Part shown: positions 45,479-56,869 of the stretch, piece by piece
Layout: each line of letters begins with the position of its first letter
Numbering within the stretch: position 1 is the stretch's first letter
NCBI RefSeq assembly: GCF_000372725.1
Contig: NW_005201287.1
Span: forward strand, 651,081 to 715,080
Origin: Emiliania huxleyi CCMP1516
Taxonomy: Eukaryota
DNA length: 64,000 nucleotides
Direction of reading: 5' to 3'
Position numbers and translations under genes: made by a program
Notes under the pieces: generated by a model
What the model was told of the DNA's origin: nothing
Database searches by the model: none
Seen by the model: only the letters and a program-made list of their open reading frames with translations

Positions 45479-48400
45479 ATGTCGCGGAGCCCGTGCCTGC
45501 TGCTCCTCGCGTGTTTTCCCCTGCTAACGGCGCAGGGCGTGCCAGCGGCCGCGCAGGCGGCTCCAAAGGCGCAGCCAGCACCCGCGGCTAAGGCTGCACC
45601 GGCGGCACAGGCGGCTCCGGCAGCAAAGGCCCCTGTGCCGGCGGCGCAGGCGGCGAAAGCTGCTCCAGCGGCGCAGGTGGCTCCGGCGGCGAAAGCGGCC
45701 CCGGCGGCGCAGGCGGCGAAGGCTGCGCCGGCGGCGAAACCGGCAGCGCAGGCTGCGCCAGCGGCGAAAGCTGCTCCGGCGGCGCAGGCGGCTCCGGCGG
45801 CGGCGGCGAAAGCTGCTCCGGCGGCGCAGGCGGCTCCGGCGGCGGCGGCGAAGGCTGTGCCGGCGGCGAAACCGGCAGCGCAGGCTGCGCCAGCGGCGAA
45901 AGCTGCTCCGGCGGCGCAGGCAGCTCCGGCGGCGAAGGCTGTGCCGGCAGCGCAGGCGGCGCCAAAGGCGCAGGCGGTGCCAGCGCAGGCGGCACCAAAG
46001 GCGCAGGCGGTGCCAGCGCAGGCGGCGCCAAAGGCGCAGGCGGCGCAAGGCGTTCCGGCGGCGGCAAAGCCACAGCCGCAGGGCGCCGCCGCGGCCGCAA
46101 AGCCTGCCGAGGCCGCAAAGCCCGCCGCGACCCCGAAGCCCGTCTCGAGGAGCAACCCGACGGGGAAGGTCAAGCAGACTGGAGTCGACCCGGCGGCGGC
46201 CGCGGCGGCGGCGAGGGTGCCCAAGCCAGGGGAGATGCAGAAGCCGGCGCCCGCGGCGGAGCGCGATGAGGACGACGACGACGACTCTTACGACTATGAG
46301 GCGGAGGTGGAGGCGCAGGCGCGCAGGGAGGGGGGCGGCGCGAGCGCGGCCCACAAGGCGGAGCTGCAGGCGAGGCTCGCCGAGAAGAAGCGGCTGGCCG
46401 GGCTGCGGCGAGAGCGGGCGCACTCTGGGACGAGCGACTGCGAGGGGTGGGCGAGGGCGGGCGAGTGCATCCGCAACCCGCAGTACATGTTTTCGGCGTG
46501 CGGCGCCGCGTGCGAGCTGCCGTCGTACCTCGACCTCGACAAGGACTGCGCGAGCTGGGCAAACAGCGGCGAGTGCGAGGCCAACGCGGCCTTCATGCTG
46601 CAGCAGTGCAACTCCTCCTGCCTCGTTCGCGCGAAGCGGCAGCCCCGACTTCCTTCGCAGCCCCCCCGCCTTTGCTACGCGTGTCCCCGACCCTTCTCTC
46701 CCGTGCGGGGTAGGCAGCTCAACCAGCCGCGCAGCCTCAACAAGAACCCGCACCTGATGCGCGAGCCTGAGGCGAGGCCCGCCCCGCAAATACCTCCCCG
46801 CAGACACCTCGAGCCACTCCCGCTCAGACACTCCCCAGCCATTCCGCAGGCACTCCCCACCCCGCCCAGACATTGTTGCCTTTGGGGAGAGAGCGTCAGC
46901 GAGCAACGCCAACCTCGTCACGAGGGAGGGGGAGGGCGGGGGCGGGGGGGGGGGGGGGGGGGGGGGGGCTAAAAACCGCTTTTCCCCCCCCCGGGGCCCC
47001 TTTGCAGGGGGAAAAAGGGGAAGGGGGGAACAACCGGGGGGGCCCCTTTTTGCCCCTTTTTTTTTTTGGGGTGGTGCCCGGGGGGGGGGGGNNNNNNNNN
47101 NNNNNNNNNNNNNNNNNNNNNNNNNNNNNNNNNNNNNNNNNNNNNNNNNNNNNNNNNNNNNNNNNNNNNNNNNNNNNNNNNNNNNNNNNNNGGGGGGGGG
47201 GGCTGAGATCGGCTCTGCTCCCTCCCGTGGCCCCTCTGCAGGCGGACGAGGCGGACGGGGGCAGCAGCCGGCTGGCCACCTTTCTGCCCATCTTCTTCTT
47301 CGTGCTGCTGCTCGGCTGCGCGGCGCTCACGCTCTCCGCCATGTGCGCGCACACCAGCTCCAACGGGCGCCGCGTCTTGTTCGGACCCTGCCCTGAGCCC
47401 CGCCGGACTTGCTCTCTCGCGCAGGTACGCGAAGCAGCTCTCCGAGGCGCAGGACCGGCTCGCAGAGCTGTGGGCTCGCTTCGTGGTCCGAACAACGCGC
47501 GCTCGCGCGGCGGGCGGTCCTGCGCCGGCAAGGGGGTCGGGCTAGGCACGCGTGAGGTGCTGGACTCGTTAGGCGCGGCCAGCCCGCGGGCGAGCAGCCG
47601 GTCGACGGCGTCCTTCACTCTTGACCGCGAGCTCGTCCCGAGTGCAGGCGCGCCAACCCGCGGGCGGGAGAGCGGCTGAGCTCTCTCTCCTTCTCCGGAG
47701 TGGGGAAGGGTCTCATCTGCGTCTACTTCATCAACGAGGCCTTCACGGTCATGCAAACCTCGCCGCAGATCGCCTCGCTCTTTTACGGCGGCCGCCCCTC
47801 CGCCAGCCCCATCCGCCCCCCCCCCCCCCGGCCTGCTGACACCGCCCCCGCCCTCTCCCTCGCCGCAGGCTACCTCGGCTCGGACGGGGTCTGGCAGGCA
47901 CAGCACGTCGGGTGGGTGGACGCGTCCATGACATGTCCGAGACATGTCCGAGACATGTCCCACAGGCACAGCACGTCGGGTGGGTGGACGCGTCCAACCT
48001 GGCGGGCGGCGCCGCGGCGGGCTGCGTGCTGGCTGGCGTGGGCACCCTCCCTGCCGCGGGCCTGATGCTTCCTCTCGACCTCGGCGTAGACGCGCACCTC
48101 CTCCTCTCGACGCGCGCGTGTCTGGTGTCTGTAGGCTTGATGCTCTTCGACATCGGCGTCGACGCGTACGTGATCGTGCGGCGCATCTTTTACCAGTGGG
48201 TGTATGGGCGGGGCCTCTACATCAACGAGCTGATGGCGAGCAAGCTCCCGCTCCTCGGCTGGGCGAGTCGTCACCACCGACTCGTCTTGAGGACTCACTA
48301 GGCGAAGAAGTTCTCGCTCCTCGGCTGCGTCGGCACGCGTTCCCCCCCCCCCCCTTCTCTTCCCCAGATGGCTCGGGCCTGCCGCCGCACGCCCCTTGAC

Positions 48401-49462
48401 TGCACGTGGCTGTCGGGGCAGGCATGCTCCTCACCGTGACGCTGCAATTACTTAATTATTACTTCATTATTACTTAATCAGGCATGCTCATCACCGTGAC
48501 GCTGCAGTCGCGCGAGCGGCGGAAGAGCACGCCCGGCCTGCTCAACCAGGCCGAGGAGAGGTCGGCGCGCGTCTCGCTCGCGCTGCTCTTCGGGCGGCTG
48601 ATGATGTCCGTCCTCTTCCTGTACGTCGGCCTCTCGGAGCTGCACCGCCTCCTCTTCCAGCCCTACACGCCGTACTTGCCCGGCGACGGGCACGACGTCG
48701 TCTGGCCAAAGGCGGTCGAGCTGCTGCTCGCGGTCCCGTTCACGCTCGGCTTCAAGATGGAGGCGCGGGGGGGGAGGGAGATATGGGGAGATCTGGCTTC
48801 AGGATGGAGGCGCGGGGGGGGGGAGGGAGATATGGGGAGATCTGGCTTCAGGATGGAGGCGCGGGGGGGGGAGGGAGATTGGGCACTTCCTAGCACCCCT
48901 TAGCCACTCCCTTCACCCTCAAGAGCTGGAGGCGAGGATGGTCCTCAGCTGCCTTGGGGGAGGCGGCCGGGAGTTTGCTGCGGTTGGCTGGGCCTCGAGC
49001 CTCCCTGCCGCCCCGCAGGCTGTGACCAAGCTGCTCGCCGCCTCGCTCGTGCTCGAGGCCTTCCGCGCGGTCGGGACGGCGACGTGTCGATGGCACGTCC
49101 TTGACACGTCCACGGACACCTCCACACAGGCCTTCTACGCTTGGTCGTGGTGGAGGATGAGCGGCGACCCGAACGCCTTCTCGCAACACCGGCGCGCGAT
49201 CCACTGCCGCGAGACATGTCCGCGACACGCCCCCGACACGTCCACGACACGTCCGCGCAGGCGCGCGATCCACTACCGCGAGCACTTTATGACCAACGTC
49301 GCGACTGCGGGTGCGACGCCGCGGCCGCGCGTGCAGCCTCTCGGCGCGACGCGCGCCCGCCCCCACGGCGCTTGGCTCGCTCCTATAGGCGGTCTGTTGT
49401 TGCTCGTCAAGTTGGGCGGCGGCCGCTACACCGTCGACGAGCTCGTCAAGAAGAAGGACTAG
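45479..49462 (+). CDS. Signal peptide + Ala/Pro/Lys/Gln repeats + ShKT-like domains + SURF4/Erv29-like membrane domain, multi-exon, spans a gap
   Basis: CEGWARAGECIRNPQYMFSACGAAC and CASWANSGECEANAAFMLQQCNSSC are ShKT-like. LLFGRLMMSVLF, LGFK, HFMTNVATAGGLLLLV..GGGRYTVDE and KKKD* are SURF4-like with a dilysine motif. Confidence 0.7.
47092..47191. other. Assembly gap
   Basis: Run of N. Confidence 1.
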
Positions 49463-51602
49463 GGGAGGGGCGTGTCGAGGGGAGGGAGGAGAGTCGGGCC
49501 AGGAGGGAGGAGCGGCAGCGGCACAGGCAGCGAGGCGCGCAGCGCGCGCGCCAGGCGTGGGGCTGCGAGGCCGTGTGGTTGTCTCAGCGAGTGTTGTGTG
49601 TGTGCGTTGTGCGAGATGCTGCTCCGCACCCACACGCAGATAGACGAACTCGAGTGCCATGACCCAGCTTCGCATGGGGAGAGACGGTGGGATGGAGAGA
49701 GAGGAGAGAGAGGGGGGGGGGGAGAGAGAGAGGGGGGGTGGAGGGAGGGAGGGCGCGCGAGACGGCGAGAGCCGAGAGAGCGCAGAGCTCTCCGCTCGTG
49801 AGCGTGTGCGTGTAGCGCGTGAGGGATAGAGCTGAGATACATATAGAGTAAGATATGCGACCTTGCGAGGCTAGTGCCATTTCACTGTGGCACAGCTCGC
49901 GTTACAAAACCTTGATTTGACCATTTGCGCCATTTTAGCCCCCCGCTACCCGGTTGCACTCGTGCGACGTAGCGGGGGGCCACAACTACGTTTACGAAAA
50001 CATAAGTAGTCCCGCGAGGTGTGAATTGGCCGCCCCAGTAGCCCCCATTTCCACTGGGGACGCTTTTCGTGGCAAACCCAAAGTTGCGCTGCGCGCGAAG
50101 CCGCTTTTGAAAGCGCGAAACGAATCTCGTCCTACCTCCCACCGGCCCCACTGGCCCCACCGGCTTTTCGTCGCCCATGCTCGGTCTCGACTTGAGTGCC
50201 GCTCGACTGGCCGATGAAGAGCGACCCGTACGACGCGCACTTGTCGTCCTCCCTCCTCGCCACATGACGGCCGCCCCCCGACACCAACAGTCGCGCTGCA
50301 CGCCTTCGAGGTCAGCTGCGGCCGAGCGACGATCGGCTCGTCTCCGATCGCTGGGCGCGTTTACTCTCCGGCCCATCACCCGCCTGCCGATCACCTGTCC
50401 GCCTCGCCGCGCGCGGGCCGCTCGCCTGCTCGCCACCGCCGCCGCGCGTCCCCGCGCCGCCACGCTTCCCTGCACCTGACGGCGCTCGAGCTGCGCAGAC
50501 AGAGCAGCGGCCGCCCAGGCGGTCGCTGCTCCGCCCCGTCCGAATCCGTCCGCCCGCGCGTGCCGCTGCCGCCGCCGCCGCCGCTCCACCCGGTGCCCGT
50601 GTGTCGTGAGAGTTGCTTTGTGTATGTGTATGTCGTATGTGTGTGGACTCATATGTCACACTTGAGCCTCTATCTATGATTAGTAGACCGGTACTCGGGT
50701 TTGGATGGTAGCGGGGGGCCCCGCCGGAGGCTGGTTTACTGATGTCCCTCTCGGTGCCTTCCAGAGGCAGCTGCGACCCCGCCAAGTGGACGGGGGCACT
50801 CGGCAGGTGGCGCGGAGTGCCCCCGTCCACTCGGCGGGGTCGCAGCTCGTGCCTCTGTGCGTCCTGGGGAGGGACAAAATTGTCGCCGCCAGAGACGACT
50901 CGACGCCGCTGAGATTGGAGATCAAGCTCTGACAGGTCGCACGTCGCTCCTTTGACGCCGACGTGGCTCACCCGTGCAGATCACATCAGGACACGGTCTC
51001 GACGCGCTCGGTACGACGCCTGCGACCCGTCTCGGGTCAGGTGGCACGACGCTCATCGCGCCTACCAGCGCTGCCGTACAGGTTGCCACGACGAGGTCGA
51101 GCACGCTTCTATACGCTCGCCGAGCCTTCCTTTCCATCCAATTAGGCAGCCTGGGAACGGTGGCGGTCAGAGGCAAAGCCTACGAGGGGTGGTGGAACCA
51201 CATGTCACGGCTACTGCCGGCTCGACCCCACGATAGCCTCCGAAGGCTGACTTTGCGGCACCATCATCGGACGATGTCGACGAGTTGGGTCGCTCTCGCG
51301 GTAGCCAGATGACCTCTCTTTCTAGGAGCATCGGCCATGGACGCAGGGAGCGCGGGGGAGGGCGCTGGAAGCAACACGGAGCTCCGTTGGAGACGTTTTC
51401 AAGATTAGCGTGTCAGAGTGAAATGGCACTAGCCCGATGGCTTTTCGTTTCGTTCACTCACCAAGGGACCACACATTGACAGACAACGAGCGCGCAACAA
51501 AAAATGAGTCTCCGGGCCTCGCCACTCCCCCGACTCGCCAGCGACTCGCCCCTCCCACTTGGCCTTGCCTCGGCGGCGGCGAGACGCCCTCGAGGCTCAG
51601 TG

Positions 51603-52748
51603 TCAGTCGGACGTCAGGCGTGGCAGCAGCTGCTGAAGCAGCGCGGCTACCTCCTCTTCGTCGGGCGCGGCGGTCAGCGCGCCGCCCCCCGCCCCCGCAA
51701 AGGCGCGCCGGAAGGCTGCGTCGCCCGAGAGGGCGATCGCGACATGCAGCGCCGCCGCCGCCGTCTCCGCGTCGGCGGGCGGCGTGGCGGCGGCGACGAG
51801 GGCGGCGGGCGTGACGTGCGGGCGGAGGGCCTCGGCGGAGAGGGCGTAGTCGCGGAGCAGCGCGAGGAGGAACTGGAGGGCGCGGCGGCGCAGCTTGGCG
51901 TCGCCCGACGCGGCGAGCCGGCCGAAGCAGGGCAGCGCCGCAGGCTGCACCAGCACGGCGGCCGCCGCCTCGGCGGATCCGCGCGCGATGGCCGAGAGAG
52001 CGAGGAGCGCCTTGCGCTGCAGCGGTACCGGCGCCGCCGCCTCGCCCGTGGCGACGAGCAGCGCAAGCAGCGCGCGGTGCGTCCGCAGCGCGATGCACGC
52101 CTGCTGGAACGGCGGGTTGTTCTGCGCGCCCGCCGCCACGACGCCGCACGCCGCCTCGGCGAGCTCTGCGTCGGGCGGACGCATCTCGGGCAGGTGGCCG
52201 TCGGCGGAGGCGGCGGTCGAGTCGTCGGCGCCGCCCTCCGCCGCTGCCGGCGGCGCTCCTAGCACCAGCAGCGCCGCGCGCAGGCCGCCGATCTTTGCAA
52301 AGTCGACGGCGAGGTCGACGTCCTCGCAGTAGTACTCGAGCTCCTCGAGGGCGGCGAGCGCCGCCTCCGTCGCGCCGGCGCCCGCGGCGATGCCCTCCGC
52401 GTCCAGCTTGCCCAGCGCGGCCCGCATCGACGCGACTGCCGGCTGGCCGAGGAGCATGTCGAGCACCTCCTGGTCCAGCTGCGAGGGCGCAGTGGCGCCA
52501 GCGGCGGCGCGCCGCTCGAGCTCCTCCGGCGAGGAGTTGGCGATGCCCCACGCGAGCATCTGGTTCAGTGAGGTGCCCGGCTCCATCGATGCCGCCGCCC
52601 GTGCTGCAGCTGCGCTCTCGTCGCTAGCCGCCGCGCCGTCGTAGACGAGCTGGCCTGCCTTGTAGATGGACGTGTGCGCCGTGGGCCGCTCCCGGACCTC
52701 CACAGGCAGCGGCTGGTCTGTGCCCTCGTGATTGATGGTGGCAGACAT
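51603..52748 (-). CDS. FES1: Hsp70 nucleotide exchange factor Fes1/HSPBP1
   Basis: LNQMLAWGIANS, ALEELEYYCEDVDLAVDFAKIGGL, AQNNPPFQ, KALLALSAIAR. Confidence 0.88.
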   Translation of the reverse strand: MSATINHEGTDQPLPVEVRERPTAHTSIYKAGQLVYDGAAASDESAAAARAAASMEPGTSLNQMLAWGIANSSPEELERRAAAGATAPSQLDQEVLDMLLGQPAVASMRAALGKLDAEGIAAGAGATEAALAALEELEYYCEDVDLAVDFAKIGGLRAALLVLGAPPAAAEGGADDSTAASADGHLPEMRPPDAELAEAACGVVAAGAQNNPPFQQACIALRTHRALLALLVATGEAAAPVPLQRKALLALSAIARGSAEAAAAVLVQPAALPCFGRLAASGDAKLRRRALQFLLALLRDYALSAEALRPHVTPAALVAAATPPADAETAAAALHVAIALSGDAAFRRAFAGAGGGALTAAPDEEEVAALLQQLLPRLTSD

Positions 52749-52896
52749 CGCCGGAGCAGTCCAGAATTTTACAACAAAGCTCCCTCGCACAACACGGGAC
52801 TGGCGCCGTACTCGAGTCTCGAGGACGCGAGCAGTCCAGAAGGCGAGAAAAAGAATTAGCTGTTCCTCCATATCCCACCTCAGACAGCCCCACGCA

Positions 52897-53015
52897 CTCT
52901 CCCCCTCCCGCCATCGGTCTCGGCTCGCGGTCGGATCCTCCCACAGACGCGCACGTCTGTGTTGCGGAGGCGAGGGTTTTCCGGCCCGCGGCGTCATTTC
53001 GCGGCGAGGGGAGAG
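52897..53015 (-). promoter_or_regulatory. SECIS element with extended apical stem
   Basis: On the minus strand: helix I CTCTCCCCTCGCCGC/GCGGGAGGGGGAGAG; core ATGAC/CGAG; helix II GCCGCGGGCCGG/CCGACCGCGAGC; AAAA bulge at 52980-52977; apical stem ACAGACG/CGTCTGT. Confidence 0.8.
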
Positions 53016-53070
53016 GGCTTGCAGGGCGCGAGGGGTGGGCGGCGCGCCTGTTGTCGGCGCCCGTGCCAGC

Positions 53071-53937
53071 TCATAGCTTGGCGATCGCCTCGAGCATCCC
53101 CTTGACAGCGCTGTTTGCATTGGCGCCGGGCGCGTCGGCAGCGGCGTCTTCGGGCGTGCCGCTCTCGGCCACGTGCTTCACCACGCCCTGGTCGACGTAG
53201 AGCGCGAAGCGCTTGCACCGCTTGTTGCCCAGGTCGCGCCTCGGGCCAGGCGCATCCATCACCTGAGCAGGGGCGGGAGGAGAGGTGGGGGGGGTGAGGG
53301 GTGAGGGGGTGAGGGGGAGGCGAGGGAGTGGAGCGGAGGGCGGGCGGTGCGCACCATGTCGAGCGCCTCGGTGAGGACCATGCTCGGGTCGGCGAGGAAG
53401 GTGATGTTTGTGCCCGCGATGCGCTGGTTCTTCGCCCACGCCTCCATCACGGCGGCGTCGTTGACGCAGTAGACAAGGACCTCGTCGATCCCGGCGTCGC
53501 GGACGTCGTTGCGGTGGTCCTTGTAACCAGGCACCTGGTGTGTGCACGCACAGTGTCACGGAAGCACAGCGGCAAGGCCGTGTGTCACGGAGGACGCTGC
53601 GGTGAGGCGAGGCAGTGCATCCGAGAGAGAGAGGCACCTGGTCCTTGGATCAGGTTGGCGTGAACGCACCGGGCAGGCCCACAAGGATCACCTTCTTGTC
53701 CTTGATGCGGTCGTTCAGGTTCAACGCAGTCGGCGGCCACGACGCAGCGTCCACCTGGCGCGAGGGTGGCGGCACATGCGCGCGGTTGTCCGGTGTGTGC
53801 TCCAGCAAGCAGAAGGGAGAGTGTGCGCCCGATCGTACCTCAACGTTGGGAAACTTATCGCCGACGGCGATGCCGCGTGCGTGTGTCCGCAGCATTTGCG
53901 CCGAGCGCGACAGGCCGCGAGAATTGCGCGCCAGCAT
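53071..53937 (-). CDS. Prx5-type peroxiredoxin with selenocysteine (TGA 53652-53650) at the peroxidatic position; likely mitochondrial; four exons
   Basis: KKVILVGLPGAFTPT-U-SKDQ|VPGY...GIDEVLVYCVNDAAVMEAW...FLADP...RCKRFALYV. Arg/Ser-rich presequence; SECIS-like hairpin downstream. Confidence 0.92.
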
Positions 53938-54224
53938 GCTCTCTCGCGCCCAGTGTGGGTGGTGCGACGAAATTTTGCGATTTTTTTCCCCTGCCCATAA
54001 CGAAAGAATTCCCTGTAGAATTCCTCGCTCTTCTGCTAGAGTCACACTGTCACACAGAATCGCGATGTAGGGCACCGATGTAGGTGGCGCCGTCTGCCTG
54101 CGGCTCACTCTGCCGCACAGGGCACAGCGTCGGCGCAGGAGCCGTAAAGTGCCGACCAGCGACCAACCTCTCGGTTCCGCCTAAGCCGTCCCCGGGAAGC
54201 CAAAGGCATGTCGACGGCAACGAC

Positions 54225-54490
54225 GGTGGCGGCGAAATCACCTCCACAGCCCCAGCTCCAAACGGCGCCGTCGGCGGTGGTGGCGATGCTGTGGAATGCT
54301 GAAGCCGACACAGCAAGGACGCGCTGCCCAGCCAAGGCCTCAACCTTCTTCGGCAGCAGCTGGTCCTGCGTGTCGCCGTGGCCCAACTGGCCGCTGCCTC
54401 CATTGCCCCAGCTCCAGACGGCGCCGTCGGCGGTGAGGGCGATGCTGTGGTAGACTCCAGCCGACACGGCGACGACGCGCCGCCCCGCGA
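54225..54490 (-). pseudogene. RCC1-repeat fragment (about two repeats)
   Basis: VSAGVYHSIALTADGAVWSWGNGGSGQLGHG...PKKVEAL...VSASAFHSIATTADGAVWSWG; homology stops abruptly at both ends. Confidence 0.65.
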
Positions 54491-54908
54491 AGGCCTCGAC
54501 CTGCGAAGGAGCGTGGTGCTGGATGTGCTCTCGAGATGGAGCGCGGGGGACGGGCGGAGGCGGACAAAGTCAAGCGGCGCTGCCGGGCAGGGCCCGTGGG
54601 CGAGACTGCGCTAGCGGTATGTGTCTCATGTGTATCACGTTGACAACACAAACTCGCGCTCTCTCAGGAGAAAATTCCGAGAGAGAGAGAGAGATATATA
54701 TAGAGAGAGACCATTTACACTAGGAGATGGGACGGCTCTAAAAAGGAGCAGGTCCCAACGCATGTTAAATAAATAAATAAAACGGGCAAACTCTGAGACG
54801 AGATGGGATTTAGGGACATGTGTCCCCGCCCTGCACGATCTTGGTGTGAGGGATCTTCAATCCGTGTCCCCTCACCCCTCCCAACGCATGTTAGGCAACG
54901 CAATCCTT

Positions 54909-56321
54909 TCAATTAAGCCCAGCTTGAATGCGTCGGGCGAGCTCGTGATCCTCGTTGATTTGTAGCAACCTGCGCTGCTCCTCGCGGAGCATCCGCTGCG
55001 CCATTGCTTCATCGTCTCGCGGCTCGAGCGAAGAGCTCCCACCGCCTGCTGGCCTAAGGTCGAAGCTGGTCGAGTCGACTGCGTCGTCAGGCACGTTACC
55101 ATCCCAAGCTGGCCATTGACTGATGTCGGCAGCAAACCACCCGCAGCGTGGGCATGCGTTGCCGTTGTACGCGTCGCGCCGGTGAGTGGTGAGTGCTGAG
55201 CACGCATAGTGCTCGATCGGTCCATAGCGGCATTGGCCACACATGCGAGCCCCCGGGATCGAGGCGCGAAGCTGCTGGGCGAGCAGAGTCCTATTAATCC
55301 CCCGCGAACTCTGTTGCAAGCGGTTGGCCATCTCCCGCACGGTCTCCACCAGCCGCTCGTTCATCTCCATGAACACCCGACGGCGAATATCGCCGCTCCG
55401 CTGAGCATCAAAGACCGTGTAGTCCTCTGCACTCAGGAACCTTGCCACGGATTGGTTGTCTAGACTCGCTGTGCAGCCGCCGGCAGCATCGGGATGGCAG
55501 ACGCACGGAATTCGTCCCTCGTGCTGCTGCGTCAGATCCGAGGGGCCGCGCTCGAGCAGGTCGTGCGCGTAACCCTGAAAGCACTCGCCGCACATGCCGT
55601 GCGCGTTGCTGCAGTGGATGACCGCGGTCTCGCTGAAGCAAACGCAGCACTGGTCCGTCTCTTTGGCTGAGAACAAATGACTGATGGCCGAGCACATTCT
55701 CGCCACCTCCTGCATCGCCGCTATCACCCTCGCCGCCGCCGCCGCCCGCACCGCCGCCCGCACCGCCGCCACCGCCACCGCCCACGTCGCCACCGCCACC
55801 GCCGCCACCGCCGCCGCCGCCGCCGCCGCCCGCGCCGTCTCCATCGGTGTCGCCGCCCCTTCGGTCGGAACGTTCATGGCCAGCTCCTCGGTCGGAACGA
55901 AACGACCAATCCGCGTGTGGCCGCGGTGAGGCGGCACTTGCGTCTGTTGCTCTGCACTGGCGAGTAGCCCTCGGTCTGCACTCGTCGCCGCCGCCCTCGC
56001 CTCCGCCGCCAAAACCACTTCAAACCCAGTATCGTCCGCCTCGGAAAGAAGCCTAAGCACTTCGTGGTGTGCGTAAACTTGTGCATAGTGTGCCGGCATT
56101 CTGCCATAAACATCCCTGGCATCCACCGATGCACCCGCGTTAAGCAGCCGTGCAACGGCTTCTAGCTGTCCGTTGCGGCTCGCAAAGTGCAGGGCTGTCC
56201 AACGGTCCGGACCACGATGCTCAAGTACCCGTTGACGAGCTTTGGGATGCAAAGCTTGTAGAAACGCCGTGAACTCGGCGTCGCCAATGCACGCGGCTCG
56301 TATGAGGTCATGATAAGCCAT
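54909..56321 (-). CDS. Ankyrin repeat + RING + Rcat/IBR-like zinc finger protein (putative E3 ligase), intronless
   Basis: TALHFASRNG and GRMPAHYA ankyrin repeats; CCVC...C..AH.MC.EC RING; CGQC..GPIEH.AC...H...CPRC; C-terminal DxxxAxxL helices. Confidence 0.8.
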   Translation of the reverse strand: MAYHDLIRAACIGDAEFTAFLQALHPKARQRVLEHRGPDRWTALHFASRNGQLEAVARLLNAGASVDARDVYGRMPAHYAQVYAHHEVLRLLSEADDTGFEVVLAAEARAAATSADRGLLASAEQQTQVPPHRGHTRIGRFVPTEELAMNVPTEGAATPMETARAAAAAAAVAAVAVATWAVAVAAVRAAVRAAAAARVIAAMQEVARMCSAISHLFSAKETDQCCVCFSETAVIHCSNAHGMCGECFQGYAHDLLERGPSDLTQQHEGRIPCVCHPDAAGGCTASLDNQSVARFLSAEDYTVFDAQRSGDIRRRVFMEMNERLVETVREMANRLQQSSRGINRTLLAQQLRASIPGARMCGQCRYGPIEHYACSALTTHRRDAYNGNACPRCGWFAADISQWPAWDGNVPDDAVDSTSFDLRPAGGGSSSLEPRDDEAMAQRMLREEQRRLLQINEDHELARRIQAGLN

Positions 56322-56869
56322 AAGGCCCAACGGTGAGCTGCTGTACGGTTGACGCACGGACAGAAGAGGCAGAGGCAATAGACGCGAGAGGAGTCGGGAT
56401 GAGGACGCGTCTCAGACGAACGCGGTGAACGCGGGTGAAAGCCTCGTGAAAGGCCTCGTGAAGGCTCGAAGGCCTCGTGGCCAGGTCGTAGCGCGCAACA
56501 CTCACAAAAACGCGCTTTTCTAAATAACATCTGTCGCGCCTCGTCCCGCCGACCGTACCTGTGTTATTAGTGCCAGTGCGCGCCAACAAATATGCCAATC
56601 GGGGCGAGGGAAATCTTTTGCACTTGGGTCCAACTCGCTTGTGGGGCGTGAGCGTGTGAGGACAAAGAAGGAGAGTCTTTGGTTATGGTTTGGTGCCCTT
56701 GGCGCGACTCTGGTGCTTGCCCACTTTCCGACCCAGTCAGGGACACGTGGCCAAGGTCGCAAGGCTGCAACGCACAAACTCGTGCGTCCACGCGCCGCGC
56801 TGGTGTGGACGCAGCCGCCAACCCGCCGCGACCCGCAGCCACCAACCAACAGGCCGCGTCGAGCCGGCC

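Noticed and set aside
50263..50326. Possible third SECIS (ATGAC...CGAG)
   Set aside because: Helix II register is inconsistent with the quartet, there is no correctly placed AA bulge, and no upstream TGA-containing gene was found.
49890..50720. Hairpin and short matches to 20427-20690 (CGCGTTAC, CCATTTAGCCCCC, TAGTAGACCGG) suggesting transposon ends
   Set aside because: The matches are too short, and no TIR pair or TSD could be defined by eye.
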